Below are positions 22,321-46,010 of a stretch of 64,000 nt of DNA, piece by piece. A model generated the notes under the pieces. That model had not been told where the DNA came from and made no database searches. It saw only the letters and a program-made list of their open reading frames with translations. Position 1 is the first letter of the stretch. Each line of letters opens with the position of its first letter. Source of the stretch: the human T2T-CHM13v2.0 reference genome, Homo sapiens; assembly GCF_009914755.1 (NCBI RefSeq), contig NC_060943.1; one strand, written 5' to 3'. A program made the position numbers and the translations under genes.

Positions 22321-25300
22321 CACAGAGAGGGATTGGGACTGGGATGGAGGCGCAGGGACCGTAGGAAGCCCGAGGAGGCATGTGGCCCAGCGTGGGGAGT
22401 TGAGGAGGGCTTTCTGGATAAGATGACATCTGACTGATGAGAACATATGAGCGAGGCTGGAAGGAGGTGGAAAGAATGTAACAGGTCATGGGTACGGAAG
22501 TGCCAAGGCCCTGAGGGTCGGAATGACCTCGGAATGGTCGAGGATCATCAGATAGGCCGGTGTAGGCTATGCTGTGCACCCTGACTGTGTGGTAGCCTTG
22601 ATCTGCAAAGAGCAGTTAAAGAAATACATAAAATATAAAATAAATAAATAAATAAAAAAGCAAAAAAAAGAAGCCAGTGTGGCTGAGCAGGGGGTGGGGT
22701 CAGAGGCTTGGAGGCGGTGTTGGATACAGCAGGGCCTAGCAGAGCCAGGTGGGGTGTGTGGATTCCATTCTGTGCATAATGGGAAGTCATCAGAGGCTTT
22801 AGTGACATCTGGTTTTCCCCTTATAAAGATTGCTCAGGCTGCTGTGTGGGGGACGGATCGCGGGGGGTGGCGACAGGGAGGCTGTGGGGAGGCTGCTGTG
22901 ACAGTCCAAGCAGAAGAGGGTGGAGAAGACGAGGGGACAGTGATGGAGGAGCGTCCTCGTGCCAGCTGAGGTCATCAGCGCTTTACCCCTGTTACCTCAC
23001 TTCATCTTCACAGCAACCTGTGAAGTAGGTGCTAGTATCATCCTCACTCTAGAGATGAGAAAGGAGGCCCAGAGAGGTACGGGACTTGCTTAAGGTCACA
23101 CAGCAGGCAGTGGCAGAGGTAGGATTGAACCCCAGGCCTTGGGGCTTCAGTGTCACTGATTACTGGGGCTGCCCTCCCGTGGTTTGGAACTGGCTCGGAC
23201 AAGACAGGCCTGATTCCTGTTCAGCTGGTTCTTACCCAGGCTCCTTTGTTGACAGAAGTTCCGTGGAGACCTGTTCCCCCTGGGTAGTTTCTGGGCGCTG
23301 GGTCCCTACCTCCCTCAGGGCCTCCCTTTCCTTTCTCATCTACTCCTTGTCCCACTGGCTCGTGGTGAGCCAGACTTCCTGGCCAGACACCGGTCAGGGG
23401 TGTCCCCAGCAGCTGTTTCTCCCATCACCGAGCCCAGCCCCGCACATGCTGCCAGCAGGAAGCAACCTCCTTCCAAGTCATGGCCAGGGAAGTGGGACCC
23501 TTCCCGCCTAGTCACCCATCCGGGGCCAAGGCTTCTTGTCTGCCAGACGCCTTGGCCCACAGGAAGGTTGGAGGGGCCGAGGAGGGTGAGAAGGGGAACA
23601 CTCTCCCATCCCAGGGGAGCCAGCGCTGGCGGATGCGACAGAAGCCACCGCTCACTGAAGCCTCTCTCCTGGGACCCTCCGGTCCTGCCCCGACCCTTCC
23701 CAGGCTGGGAGGCCATCTGCTGCCTTCCCGAGGGGCAGTGGAACTTCCCTGCCAGGGCTGCTCAGTCCACACACATCCCTTAGCCTTTTTCACTAGCTGG
23801 GAGCCCCTGGGGAAGAGACAAAGAACTTCCCTGGGCCTCTGATTCCTCACCTGTTACAGGGAGTATTGGTGGCCACCTCTCAGGGCTGTGGGAGGGCGGA
23901 AGATCATGTGTGTGCGTCGTGCTTAGCCCGATGCTCAGCACTCAGTAAGTGCTTGGTAAATGTTGAACTTGGTGCGTTCGATGGTTTCCGTCCCTTGCAC
24001 CCTGTCCCCCTCTGGGTTCTCATCCCGTAGTGAGCTGTAATAACCCCAGCCCCCCGCCCGGGGTCCCAGCTCCACGTGCCAGGCACGCGTGTGCTGTGAG
24101 TCTATGAGCATGGTCATGTGGCTGTACCCAGAGACCCTGAGGAGGAGGTGTTTTTAACCTCGTTTCTCTTTTCCCGTGTTTTAATTTTCAGAAAGCACGT
24201 TTTTCCTCCATGTGCATGCATTACCTATTCCCCTAAATAATCACTGAAAAACTGCACACAGCACAAAAGGATGTACAGGGACGAGCAAATCTCTTTCCCA
24301 CCCGCCTGCCAGGCCCTTCCCAGAGATAGCATCATCACCCCCGGTTTCTTTTCTTTCTTTCTTGAAATATTTGTTCCCCCAAGTGCCCGCCCCTCCCTTT
24401 TGTTTTTACTCAAATGGAGCGGACTTCCCATGTTTATATTCTGTCCTGTGCTTTGCGTTTCCCACTCCGAAGCTCGCTGTCAGGACACAGAGTGCCGCCT
24501 CGTGTCCCACGCACACGCGTGCCCCCACGGACAGCACAGCCATTCTGTGCTGATGGCCATCAGGCCATTCCCATCTTTCCGTGCTGTGAACAGGGCTGCG
24601 CCCGCCTGAGTGTGGCTGTGCATATGTCTCTAGGTGTGAGTCTGAGCTTGTGGCCTCGTGGTCTGAGACAGGTGCCCCGTTAACTTTGCCGGTAGTGTTA
24701 GTGTTTCACCCTGCTGGGGAGGTTGTCTGGCTCACACTCCCACCCCCCAGTGTCTGATGACACCGGGGTTTCCTCACTCCCTTGCTGGAATAGACGGGTG
24801 TCACCTGACATTCTCACCTTTGCCAGTCAGATAGGTGACAAACAGTCTCATCATGGTTCTGATTTTAATCAGAGCAAAGTGGGACAGCTTTGTGTTGTTG
24901 AAAGCCATCTTGAGCTTCCTTTTCTTGGAGCTGTCTATTCCTGATAATTTTACTTTCTCTGAGAAGGGGAAACTGAGGCACAGGCCAGCAGTCCCACAGC
25001 AAATACGTGGCAGATGTGGCACTCAAACCTTGGCTCCGTTCTGGAGCTCCTAACCCATCTGACACAGAAGAGGTCAAGGGCTTGGCCTCCGGAGCCAGCT
25101 TTGTCTCTTACTAGCAGTGTGACCCCAGACAAGTCACATCACCTCTCTGTGCCCGGGTGTCCTCATCTGTAAAATGAGGGTGCTAATGATATCTACTCTT
25201 AGAGTTGTTTTGAGGATCTAAATGTATATTCGGCAGGCAAAATGTATAGTAAGTGCTCAAAGACTGTTAGCTGCGTTACTAATAGCCGTATTATTAATAT

Positions 25301-26189
25301 TATAGCTATGTCACCAATAGCCATGTTATTAATATGAGCAGGCACTGTTTGAGTGCTTTCTGTGAACTAACCTACTGGACCCTCCCATCAACTCCAAGAC
25401 ACACGTGTTCTTAGGATCTCCCTTTTCTAGGGAGGAGACTGAGAGCCTGGGGGACCTGGCCCCGTCACAGAGCAAGAGGAACTGGGATTTGGATGCTGGA
25501 GGCCTGGCTGGTAATCGCTGTGGCCGCTTCCCCTGCTACCCGGGGCTAAGCCTGAGGGTTACAAAGCTCTCCCTCCTGCTTCCCCCACCCACCTTCTGCT
25601 GTCTGCATTCCAGGCAGGCTGCCCAGGAGCTTTCGAGCAGACACCTTGAGGATTGGGAGCACCGGGTGGGCAGGGTCCTCACCTAGAGAGCTCCCCGTCC
25701 CAGACCCTCCCTGCTCCTGCCACCTGTCCTGGGAACTCCTGATAAAGCAGCATTGTGCAGCGGTTTTGAGTTCACTTCCCAGCCCGGTTTTGCCACTCCC
25801 ACACTTCACTCCCAGAGGCGGAAGGCGGCCGGTCTTCCTGGGCTGCGTGGGGTGCCAGCCCCCCTCCCCTTCCCTTCCCTCCCTCACTGCGCCCACAGTC
25901 ACCGGTCAGCACTGGCCATGGGGAGAAAGTAGGACCCTGCGGGCCACTGGCCCCTCCACAGACCCGTCCCCAGGTGAAGACCCCTCCCTGCCCTCCCCAC
26001 AGGAGGCCCCTGTCCTTCTCTCCCGAGGAACCCTCCTTCCCTGCCGCCCACAGGGGCCTCCATAGTTCTGTCGTCCCTTCCCCGCAAATCTTCCACTGCA
26101 GCCTGGGCCCACGTTATTTGACTCTGAAATGCTATATATATACACAGCGCTTCTAACTCCACTGCTTTTAAAAAACCTTTAATAATTGT

Positions 26190-27601
<1,412 letters not shown>

Positions 27602-27945
27602 CCAAGCGTGTATTCTTTGACCAGCTTTGCGCTGGGGCCCAGCGACTGAAGGGTGAACCCAAACAACAGGCAGCCCTCCCCGAGCTCAGTCCGGTGGGAA
27701 CACAGACCTCGACTGCAGAGCAACAGAAAGATAAGCCGGGCTGGAGGCTCCCGGCCCCCCCCCCATCTTCCCACAGTGACCCCATTTTGGGAACAGGAAC
27801 CCCCATCCCTCGTCTTGTTTCGGGATTAGGCTTCTCCAAATCTGGCACCCTATCACCTTGACTCCTCTCTTGCCCCCCCGCCACATCCAAAGTGTCTGGA
27901 AAGCCTGTCACTCTACATGACAATGTAACCTGGTGCTGCGGGCTC

Positions 27946-28139
27946 CTCTTCCTTGTCACTCCCCTTCCTCGTCATCCCCCTTCTTCGTCACCCCCCCTTC
28001 CTCGCCACCCCCTTCCTGGTCACACCTCTTCCTCGTCACCCTTCTTCCTTGTCACCCCTCTTCCTCGTCACCCCCCTTCCTCATCATCCCCCTTCCTCGT
28101 TACCCCCCTTCCTTGTTACCCTTCTTCCTCGTGGCCCCC
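27946..28139 (+). repeat. Pyrimidine-rich minisatellite, ~16-18 bp unit CTTCCTCGTCACCCC, about 12 copies
   Basis: Read directly. Confidence 0.9.
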
Positions 28140-28729
28140 TAGTTCAAGCCACCCTCATCTCCCTCCTGGACCATTGAGGCGTGCTCCCTGCTCCCTTCTC
28201 CCCCACTGTCCCCACAGTTGTCCGCACACAGCCAGAGGTAGCCGTGCACACCTGGTCAGGGCAGGAACCCTCCCCTGGCTCCACCTCTCCCAGGAGAGAA
28301 GCTTGCAAGGTCCCAGGCAACCTGGCCACTTTCCTGCCTGCCCTGCTTCCCTCTTCTTCTGCCGCCATTCCTGGAACATTCCAGGCAGGTCCTACCCCGG
28401 GGCCTTTGTTCTTGCTGCCCCCTGGGCAGGCAGCACCCTCCTTCTTTCTGTTCAGTCAGCCTCTGCTGACAGTGGCCCCCTTGGGGAGATGTTTCTTCCC
28501 GACCGTGGGTCCCCAGGAGCAGCCCCTGTCACCCTCCCTCTAGCACCTTCCCCCGGTAACCCTCATGATGGTTACTTCCATTATGACATGTGGGTCTGTT
28601 GGTTTATTTTGTCTCCCGGCATAACGTAGCCTCAGGGCATGGGGGTAGGGGTAGAACCACAGGGCCTTGCCCTGCCCCTTGCTATGTTCTCAGGGATTGG
28701 AGTGTGGTAGTCTCTCAGTAAATGCTGGT

Positions 28730-28756
28730 TGACTGACTGACTGACTGACTGACTGA
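28730..28756 (+). repeat. (GACT)6 microsatellite at an L2-like 3' tail
   Basis: CTCAGTAAATGCTGGTT followed by GACT repeats. Confidence 0.85.
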
Positions 28757-29568
28757 ACTGTAGTAAGCTGGGCTGCCAGAGCGTCTAATGGGGACCCGCC
28801 CTGGGTGGGGCACACCGGGAAGGTTTTCCTGAGGAGGAAATGCCACTTGAAGGATGAACTTGGCCTCGACTAAGGGAGGAGGCTGAGGCAGCTGCCATTG
28901 CAGAGGTCTCCCGGCGGGGGAGTGCAGGGGGCCTTTGAGGAATTGAAGGAAGACAGGTAGGTCGGTTCTTGGGTTGGTCTGGATTCCAGTCTTGACAGCT
29001 GCTTGGGCCTCTCTCTGCCTCAGTGTCTTCCTCTCTAGAAGGTGGCTGCTTCAGGTGTTCCTGGACATTCCTGAAGTTCTGCTCCTAACACACTTATCCT
29101 GGTGCCTGATACATAAATATAAATGTGATTGTTTTTTTTTTCCAACAAATTTGGTGGAGTGCTGACCCGTGTGGCCTCCAGGGATGCGGTGGTGGATAAA
29201 CAGACCCGGTTGCCGCCCATTTGGAGCCTGGCCTCTGGAGCCATCTGGGGCACCCCTGCTTGGAGGCAGGAGAAAGCCTGGTGTGACCTTGGGCCCGGGG
29301 AGTCCTTATTCTAGATCCGGGAAGCTCTTCAGGGTGATGAATAGGAAAGACGAATGGAGGGTTTGTGCGTGCCGGCCCTGTGCCCCGGCCAGTGCTCCCA
29401 AGCTGCTGCCTGGGCCTCCCTGAAATCCCAGGAGGTAGCTGCACCCGTGTGACCCATTTCACAGATTGGGAGGTGAGGGGGGCACCAATGCTAAGTCCTT
29501 CGCCCATTTTGCAAACTAGAGTAGATCTGGTGGTGTTTCCTCTGTGGTCTGATGTGTTTTTCTGGTAG

Positions 29569-30338
<770 letters not shown>

Positions 30339-33290
30339 TGACTTTTTGTAATTCCCTTTAAATATTAGACAAGCATGTTGTCAGTGTATGTACGTGTGCT
30401 CGTGCGCACACACCTGACACTGAGTCTCCCAATCCATGAACGTGGTATGTCTCTCCATTTGTTTATGTCTTCTCGTTCATACTTTTCCAGCCGACGCCTT
30501 GCCCACCTCTTGTGGGGTTTTTCCCAGGGTAGTTCATGATGTGGCAGGGAGTCTGTGCCCTCCACTCCCACAAGATGCCGTGCACCCTGGGTTTAGCCTT
30601 GCTGGCTGAGGACCTCATGGCGGTGGCAGGAGGCCACTTCTCCCATTCTCTGCTTCTTCCCTGGTACCGCCCCTGGACCCTGGCGGAGGGCGGGCAGGGT
30701 GCCCAGAAAGGAGGCTGTAATTTTCCTGAATGATTTCAAGGGCTAATTAAAGGTTTGCCTTGACTAATCAGCTTACGGTTTAATTATTAGGGAACAGGCT
30801 CTGGGATGCGGGAAGCAGCTCAGCTGGGGTCTCCCCACAGCGTGGCAGGAAGGAGCCAGGACCCAGCCCTACTCTGGGGGGCTGGCAGGATATGGGGATA
30901 CCCCAGCACCCTCCAGTGGGTCAGTGGGGGGTTCTCCATCCCCCACTGAGCTGTGACAGGTGGAGGGCAGCAGGTGTGATGGAGATTACAGCCGATTCCT
31001 CCCCTGATTCACATCATCCCCCACAGCCCATGGCTGGCTGGGGAGGGGCTGGCCCTGTCCCTCCAGCAGCTTTGGCAGGGCCCGTCCCTCCCCACTTTCC
31101 TGCAGCACCCCAGCCTCGCTGGCCTTTGTGGAGTGCTCGGACTTCATTTATTCTGTGGGTCTTGGCTTAAAGGTCAGCACCTCTGGGAAGCCTCCTCGGG
31201 CCTCCCTCCTGTCAGAGCTGGTGATCAGCCGCACAGCCCCTTGCCAGTTCTTGGGATCATGGTTGTTCATCTGCTGCAACTCCTGCAGACACTGAGAAGT
31301 ACACTGAGGGGGATGCCTGAGCTGGGCCAGTGTCGGGGTACCCAGCGGGATAAAGGGTTCGGGACCTGGGCTCCAAGGAGGGGGCTGGGAAGGGGTGTTC
31401 AGGGAGGACTGAGTGATGGCTTGGAGGCGGCTGGACCAGGAACACCTCATGGGAGTTTGCGAATGGGGAGGGGACTCTGGAGATGGCTGTGCCAGGCCTG
31501 ACTTCATTCCTTGCATTCCTCAGCAGGCCCCAGACTCCTGATGGTCCTAAGTGGGGGAAGGTGAGCCAGAGAGGGCCTTCTGGGTACTGCCCTCCCCCCA
31601 CTCCATCAGTCTGTCTCAGTCTCTCTTTACACCCTCCCCCATCCAGGTCTCAGGGCTGGATCCATCCTCCTGCCCACTCCCCAATCTCCTTATCCTTTGG
31701 CTGCGCCTTAGGGTCACCCGGGGTGGGAGTCACTGCAGGGGCCCAAGCTGGACCATTTGAAGCTGACTGTACAGCTGTGGGGTCTGGGCCTTGGGGTTTT
31801 TTAATGCTCCCCTGGCGACTCTGACATGCTTCTGAGCTGGAGTGAGGGCTGCTGGCCTGCAGGAATGACAACAAATGTGTTTTAGCTTTTGGCATGTTCT
31901 GGGTGCTTTTCTAGGCTTCTGACATGGAGGGGTTAAGTCACGGCACGCTACGGGGACATGTGACTGTGATTCCTGTGTTCCAGATAAGGCAACTGAGGCC
32001 CAGAGAAGGCCTCGAGCTTGGCGATGGCAGTCTCTGTCACTGTCTTATCTTCCCATTTCTGGTCTGTCCAGATGTCTGTCTGGGCCTTCTCTGTTTCACC
32101 TCTGTCTCTCTCCCTGTTTTTCTGCCTCTTATCTCCCTTCCCCACCCCACCCTCCTGCATTTCAGCTTCCCTCCTCCCCTGGCAGAAACTTCCCAGATTT
32201 CTGTGTTTTGAGGCAGGATCTGGCTGAAGCCACAGAGGGGAGATGGGTTCTGCAGGCCCAGGACATCCTTCTGAGGGGAAGGATGCTGATGTCACCACGC
32301 TGGCCTCCCTTACAGCTCCTGACACGTGGAGTCTGGGGCTGGGGGCAACACACCATCTGACTGACAGTCCAAGGGTGGCTAGGGCTGGCTCTGCAAGTTT
32401 GCAGGGAGGACTGTCCCCACGGGTTGACTCTGACATGCCCTGTGACACCAGCCACCTCTACGGTCCCGGGAGTCCTCTACTGCCAGTTAATGTTTCAGCT
32501 TTTGTGGGTAGGACTGCCTGTCGGTCAGTAGTTTAATTGCAACAAAGGTTTGTGCTAGAAAGGCGAATATTACATTGCAAGAGCCTTTATTATTTGATGG
32601 GACTAGGGGGGACTGATAGCTGATGGTCCCGTATGTCCCCACTCACTGAGGGATGAGGGCTCCCCTTGCCTCCTCTCCCCCTACCCCTCTCCAGCAAAGG
32701 GCTCAGGAGTCCAGCTCCACCTGCAGCCTCTCCCTGCTCCGGCACAGCATCCTCTGACCTTGGGCGAGGCCCTGAGCCTCAGATGTTTTTGAGTTCCCAC
32801 ATCTGGAGCAGGAGGATAATGATTCCTGCTGCCTCCCAGGGTTGCTGGGAGGATGAAGTGAGTCTGCTGTGTGATGCTCAGAACAGGGCCACTGTCATTA
32901 TGCCATTCTGGTTACTAGTACTCTTATTACCATTACACTTATTAGAGAGGCAGGATCCGTGCTTGGATTTAGTAGTTAGGATTCACAGGGTGAGTGATCC
33001 ATAATTCTTTGCCATTATGATGAGGTCACATTTCCTTTGGTAAAATGTTGAACACCTTTGTATTATGGAAATGTTCACACATACCCAGAAGAATAGTCTC
33101 GCGCCCTCCTGGGGTCCCTGTCAGCAGCTCAGCAGGTAGCAGCTGTGGCCAGGCCTTGTCGCCTGTGCCTGCTCCTCACCTCCCTGCTTATTTCAGAGCA
33201 AATCCCAAACGTCGTACAGCCAGAAATATTCCACACTTTTCCAGAACAAGCCTGCCTCAGTCTCCTCATGCTTCCCCAGTTGTCTTATAA

Positions 33291-34110
<820 letters not shown>

Positions 34111-35175
34111 CAGATACTGGCATCAGCTCTTTGGCGTGCATGTTGTGGTAGTTTTTCTACAGGCGACCTAGGCCATTTGTCCTGGAGTTTTGCAGTCTGG
34201 GGCCAGCTGATACATCCTTGTGGTGTCATTGCACGTGTTCTCTGTCTCTGTGCTTCCTGTAAGTTAGGACTTAGGTCTAGAAGCTCGATCTGATGCAGGT
34301 TCAGTTTCTTCTGGCAAGCACGCTTTCTTAGGTGGTTGCTTGGATGAGCATCAGAATTACTTACATGTCTGTATGACTGTCAAGTTCAGTTTTCAAGTAA
34401 AAATTAAGTTTTTTTTAAAAAAGCGAGTGGGTTGAGAAGAACACTCTGAAGTCACTCCTAGTAAGGCTGGTACCCAGATCCAGCAGAAGTAGGGTGGGAG
34501 GGACCAAAGGACTGAGGCTCGGGTCCCCCCTTCCCCACCCCCCGGGGCCTGGGAGCAATAGGCTGGGTGCCCCGGCTTCAAGTAAACCAGTGGCATTAAC
34601 ATGTGGGCCTCTGGTTCCTGCTTTGCTAGGGCCACAGGCTTCCAGCTGAGAGCTGCTGCCACCCACCCTGGCAACCCCTTCCGCATCGCGTGGTGGTGAC
34701 ACCTTCAGAACAGAGTGGTCTCCCACCCCAGCTCTACCCTTGGCTGCCTGTGTCACCCTGGGTGGCTTTCCCAGCCTCTCTACCTGCTTCCTTCTTGACA
34801 GCCTGATGGTGGCCATACGTCCCTTGGGCTGTGGTGACTGGGCCTCTGGGAGCTGCCCTTCCACTTCTGCATTTTAACATAAACCTCCTTGACCTCAGCT
34901 GCTCCATTCTCTGCTCCCTTCCAGCCACTCGGATTCCAGTCCTGGGGGCCTCCTCACTGACCATGCCCTCCACCCTCAGTGCTGTTCCCTGGTACTCTGC
35001 ATGGCTTCCTCACCTGTATCCCGTCTTTGCTCAGATGCCACCCCTTTAGAGACCTCCCTGACTGTGCCCTCTGAAAGAGCACCTTGTCACTCTCTGTCCC
35101 TTCTCCCACTTGTTTACTTGTATATTGTGTTCCCACTAGAATGTCAACTCCAGGAGAGCAGAGACTCTTGTCTTA

Positions 35176-36075
<900 letters not shown>

Positions 36076-36083
36076 TAGATAGA

Positions 36084-36123
<40 letters not shown>

Positions 36124-38449
36124 TAGATAGATTAGATTAGATAGATAGATAGATAGATATGGTTAAGTGAGTGGACTTTGGTCCTGGTCAGACTTGCCAC
36201 GGAATCCCAGTTCTGATACACTCGCCGTGTGACTGAGGGCTGACATGTCTTCTCTCTGAGCTTCACTCTCCTGCTTCACACACCGTGTGAACGGCACCCT
36301 CCTCGCTGCCTTCTTTTGCACCAGGATGGAGCCTGCACGTAACACTTTGTAGTGGTCTCACTGCTGTCCTGTCTCCAGCACGGGGCACCGATGAGCCAGC
36401 CAGAAGCCGTCCCTGCCGGGGGGATGCTTGACCCAAATCTTCAGTAATAACTCCTTCCACTCTGGGTGACCAGCTGTGGTGCCCCAGGGCAGGGACTTGT
36501 TGATCTGGGTTTGTTCTGGAGGCCAGAAGGGTTTCCTGGGGACTGGGATTGGAGCAGGATTGAGAGTGCCTGGTATGTGGAGAGACCTGGCTGTTGTGGC
36601 ATGAGTCCGAGGGCTCAGGGGCCGGCTGCTTCCCGGCCTTTGTCTTCCTTGCAGGAAACAGGCCAGGAGTTACAAGGGGCCAGAGGATGCTGCTGTGGTT
36701 ATGGTGGAAGTTAACAGCTTTGGGAAGTGTGCATGTGTGTGAGTGTGTGTGTGTGTGTGCACTTGTGCTCATTGTAAAGAGAGACGGTAAAGAAATGAGG
36801 AGAGACTGCAGGCACATGCAAATACAGAGAAAGCTTTCAGTTGTCAGGATCGCTCTCCCGGTTTTTCCTGCATGGTGGTGTAAAATCTGACATGTGTACA
36901 GAAAAGTGTGTAAAACCTCCATGTTCAGTTTAATGAATAATTATAAAGCAAACAGCCATGAAACTACCACCCAGATCAAGAAGACAGGCATCACCAGCTC
37001 CCTGAAAGCCCTCTCCTTCACCTGCCCTTCCCAGTGCTAACAAAAACATTCTCCTCCCTTTCTTTTCATTGTTCCTCTTTTTTGGTGAATTGTGAAAGAT
37101 TTCAGACACCCCCAAGAGAAGAGAGAATCACCTGCTGACCACCCTCAGGCCCGCTGCCCAGCTAAAAGACGAAATGCTTGCTGTGGGTGCAGCCCCCAGG
37201 TGCCTCCCCCAGGGCCCCAGGCGTCGCTGGCCCTGCGTCTGCTTCCCTAAACAGTGTCCCGCATTGTTCTGCAGGATTTTAAACTGCGTGTAAATGGTAC
37301 GAGGCCAGCGGCACTTGGCTGCAACTCTCTCAATATTTTGTTCTTGAGATTTCTCTGGGTGGAGTAATGAAGCTCTGTGCCAGAAGGAATGGTTCCCAGC
37401 GGGGGTCAGGGCACCCCTACCCCTGGCCAGAGGAAAGCAGCTCTGTCCTGGGGGGGCCCCAGGAGGACGCTCTGGGCTCCTCTCACCCAGGCCCGCAGCC
37501 CCCTGCTCCACGTGGGTTTGAGGCGGCCACCTCCAGTGGAAGTGGTAGAGCGCCGTTGGCTTCCTAGGGCACCACATAGGACCCAGTTACAGCCGTGATG
37601 TGAAGGGGCCCTCCCTGAGCTTATGTAAGGTGTAATGGGGCGCTGGTGCCGCCTGGGGCCTGTGTGCACCACGGAGGGGCCTTCTCTGGAGGAGGGCATA
37701 GATCAGCAGCTGGGGCAGGAGGGCCTCTTCTCTTCCCATACTGCCCTCCCCCTGCGCCCGCCCACTGCCCACCCTCACCCGCCCTGTTTGCCAGGCTCAC
37801 ACAGCCTTTCTTGGAGAGGCCCTCTGGCGGGGAGTTTACTCTCAAAGGCTCTATATCTAGCTGACCTGGGATTGCCACCCAGCTCCGCCACCTTCTAGCT
37901 GGACGGCCCTGGGCATGTGTTGACCCCTGCCCCACCTCTGTTGGCCTCAGTTTCCCCATTTGTAAAATGGAATTGTGTGAGGGTTATTTCATCCATGCAA
38001 AGCCTTCGTAGAAGCTAGTGTGTGGAAGCCTCTTAATGAGCCTTAGCTGTTAGTATCTTTGTCATGCTTGCCATTCATTCACTCATTTTTGTTGATAGTA
38101 ACTTTTTGCCTCCTCTGAGTCCAGCCCTGTCAGGCTGAGGTCCTGCCTTCATGGAGCTTATAATACAGTGAGGGAGACAGACATGGAGACAGACATGGTA
38201 CTAGGCAGTGACAAACCAGAGTGACCTTGGAAAGCACAGGCCAGAGTGTGACAGCTGTGATGGGAGAAGACCCAGAGGACTGTGGGAGGCCCTGGCTCCA
38301 GCCTAGGAAATCAAGGAAGGCCTCCTGGAGGAGGAGACTTCAGAGCTGAGGCCTGAAAGAGGAGCAGGGTTAGTTTGCGGAACATTGTCCCAAGGAGAGC
38401 AAATAGCATGTTCAAAGGCTAAAAGTTGGGAAAGGGTCTGGCATTTTAA

Positions 38450-42130
<3,681 letters not shown>

Positions 42131-43402
42131 TGCTGTGACTGTCCCACCCCATCTGGGTTACTTGCTGCAGCGCTGGGAGAGGGATTCCTCTGGCTTCCTC
42201 TCTCTTTTCTCTTTTTCAAGATTGAGCTCTTGAAAAAAGAGCTCTGGGAGCTGGCATTTTGGAGCTCCTCTAGGGTTCCGCGTGTAGAAGATGGCACTGT
42301 GTTGGGCCTAGGTTCAGAGTCGTCCTTGACACCACCTCATCCTCAGCCCGTGTCTGACTCATCAGCGAGCATTGCCTTTTCTTGGTAGACATAGCCCAGG
42401 TCTGTCCCCCTCTCTCCACTGCCACTGTCCTGGCTGCCTCACAGTTGCCCGAACAGCGCTGCCTCCTTGTCACTCATCCTCACGCCCACTCAGGCCCCTT
42501 GATTCCGTCCTTCACAGGGCAACCAAAGTTACATCTGTAAAACCCAGGCCTGGACCAGGTGGAGTGGCTCCCACCTGTAATCCCAGCACTTGGGGAGGCC
42601 GAGGTGGGCAGATGGCTTGAGCTCAGGAGTTCGAGACCAGCCTGGACAACGTAGTGAGACCTTGTCTCTAAAAAAAATAAATTAATAAAAATTAAAAAAA
42701 TGTAAAAACCCAGGCCTGTCCTTGGCACCCACGTTGTCTCCCCTTGCTCTCTCATGATCTGCCTCCACCACACCGTCCCCGTTCAGGCCTGCTGCCCACC
42801 CATCCCTCCAGCCAGTGTGTGTCCGCTGGACTTTCACATTTTTTGCGTGTGGTGCTTGACTATAAGCCTGATGGGGTAGGGCCCACACTGCACTTCTGCC
42901 CCCGCACAGGCGGCACGTGACAGACGTGCATTAGATTTCTGTCGGTGGACGCCATGAACGTGGGAAGGAGGCTGCCTGTGGCCGGAGCAGGTGGTTGGGG
43001 GCGGAGAGTGTGCAAAAATGAGGACAGAGAGGTGGGCGCGACCTCGGTGAGGAGACGGCTTTAGCTCTGTGGGCCTGAGTAGGTTTTTAGCAGGAGAGGA
43101 TACAATCAGATTAGATTTACAAAGGTCTCCCTGACCTAGCAGAAAAAGGCAAAGGCTTTGAATAGACACTTAGCGGAAGAGGACATTCTGATGGCTTTTA
43201 TAAATATGAAAAATGCTCAACCCTACTAAATAGAAAAATACAAATGAAAACTAGGCTGAGGGGGGCCACACCTCACATATCAGCAGAGATCAGAGAGACT
43301 GGCCACGCCCCGTGCTGCAAGGCCGAGGGGAGATAGGCCCTGGCACCGCCGAGGGGCTGTGAGTGGGGACAGGCCTCACGCAGGGCCACTTGGCAGTGGT
43401 GA

Positions 43403-44774
<1,372 letters not shown>

Positions 44775-44780
44775 TATATA

Positions 44781-44989
44781 TAGTTGGCCCTGGGTATCAT
44801 GGGCCCTCAGGATCACGGGTTCTGCACCCACCCATTCAACCAACGAAGGACTGAAAATTTACTATGGAGGGCCAGCTTTTCCATCCGCGGTTATGGAGGG
44901 CTGACTGAGGGACGTGAGCATCCCTGGATGTGGTACCTCCTGCGGGGGTTCTGGAGCCAATCTCCCTCAGCTACCGAGGGAGAATTGTA
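44781..44989. mobile_element. MER2/Tigger3-like MITE directly abutting the MER44 element
   Basis: Imperfect TIRs TAGTTGGCCCTGGGTATC ... TACCGAGGGAGAATTG, flanked by TA. Confidence 0.6.
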
Positions 44990-45110
44990 TAGATATATCA
45001 ATTTTTTTCTTTCAAATCATAATTATAAATTGTTAGGATACACAGTGAAAATTGCATAAAACATAAATGTATAGCAAAACCAATTACTATAAAGGGAAAA
45101 ATCTATGTAG

Positions 45111-46010
<900 letters not shown>

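Noticed and set aside
22030-22437. Repetitive 135-aa ORF (GGTQAEGSGRD)
   Set aside because: Translation of the G-rich minisatellite; GTG start and no supporting splice sites.
27892-28629. 245-aa Pro/Ser-rich ORF
   Set aside because: Runs through the pyrimidine minisatellite and L2-like sequence.
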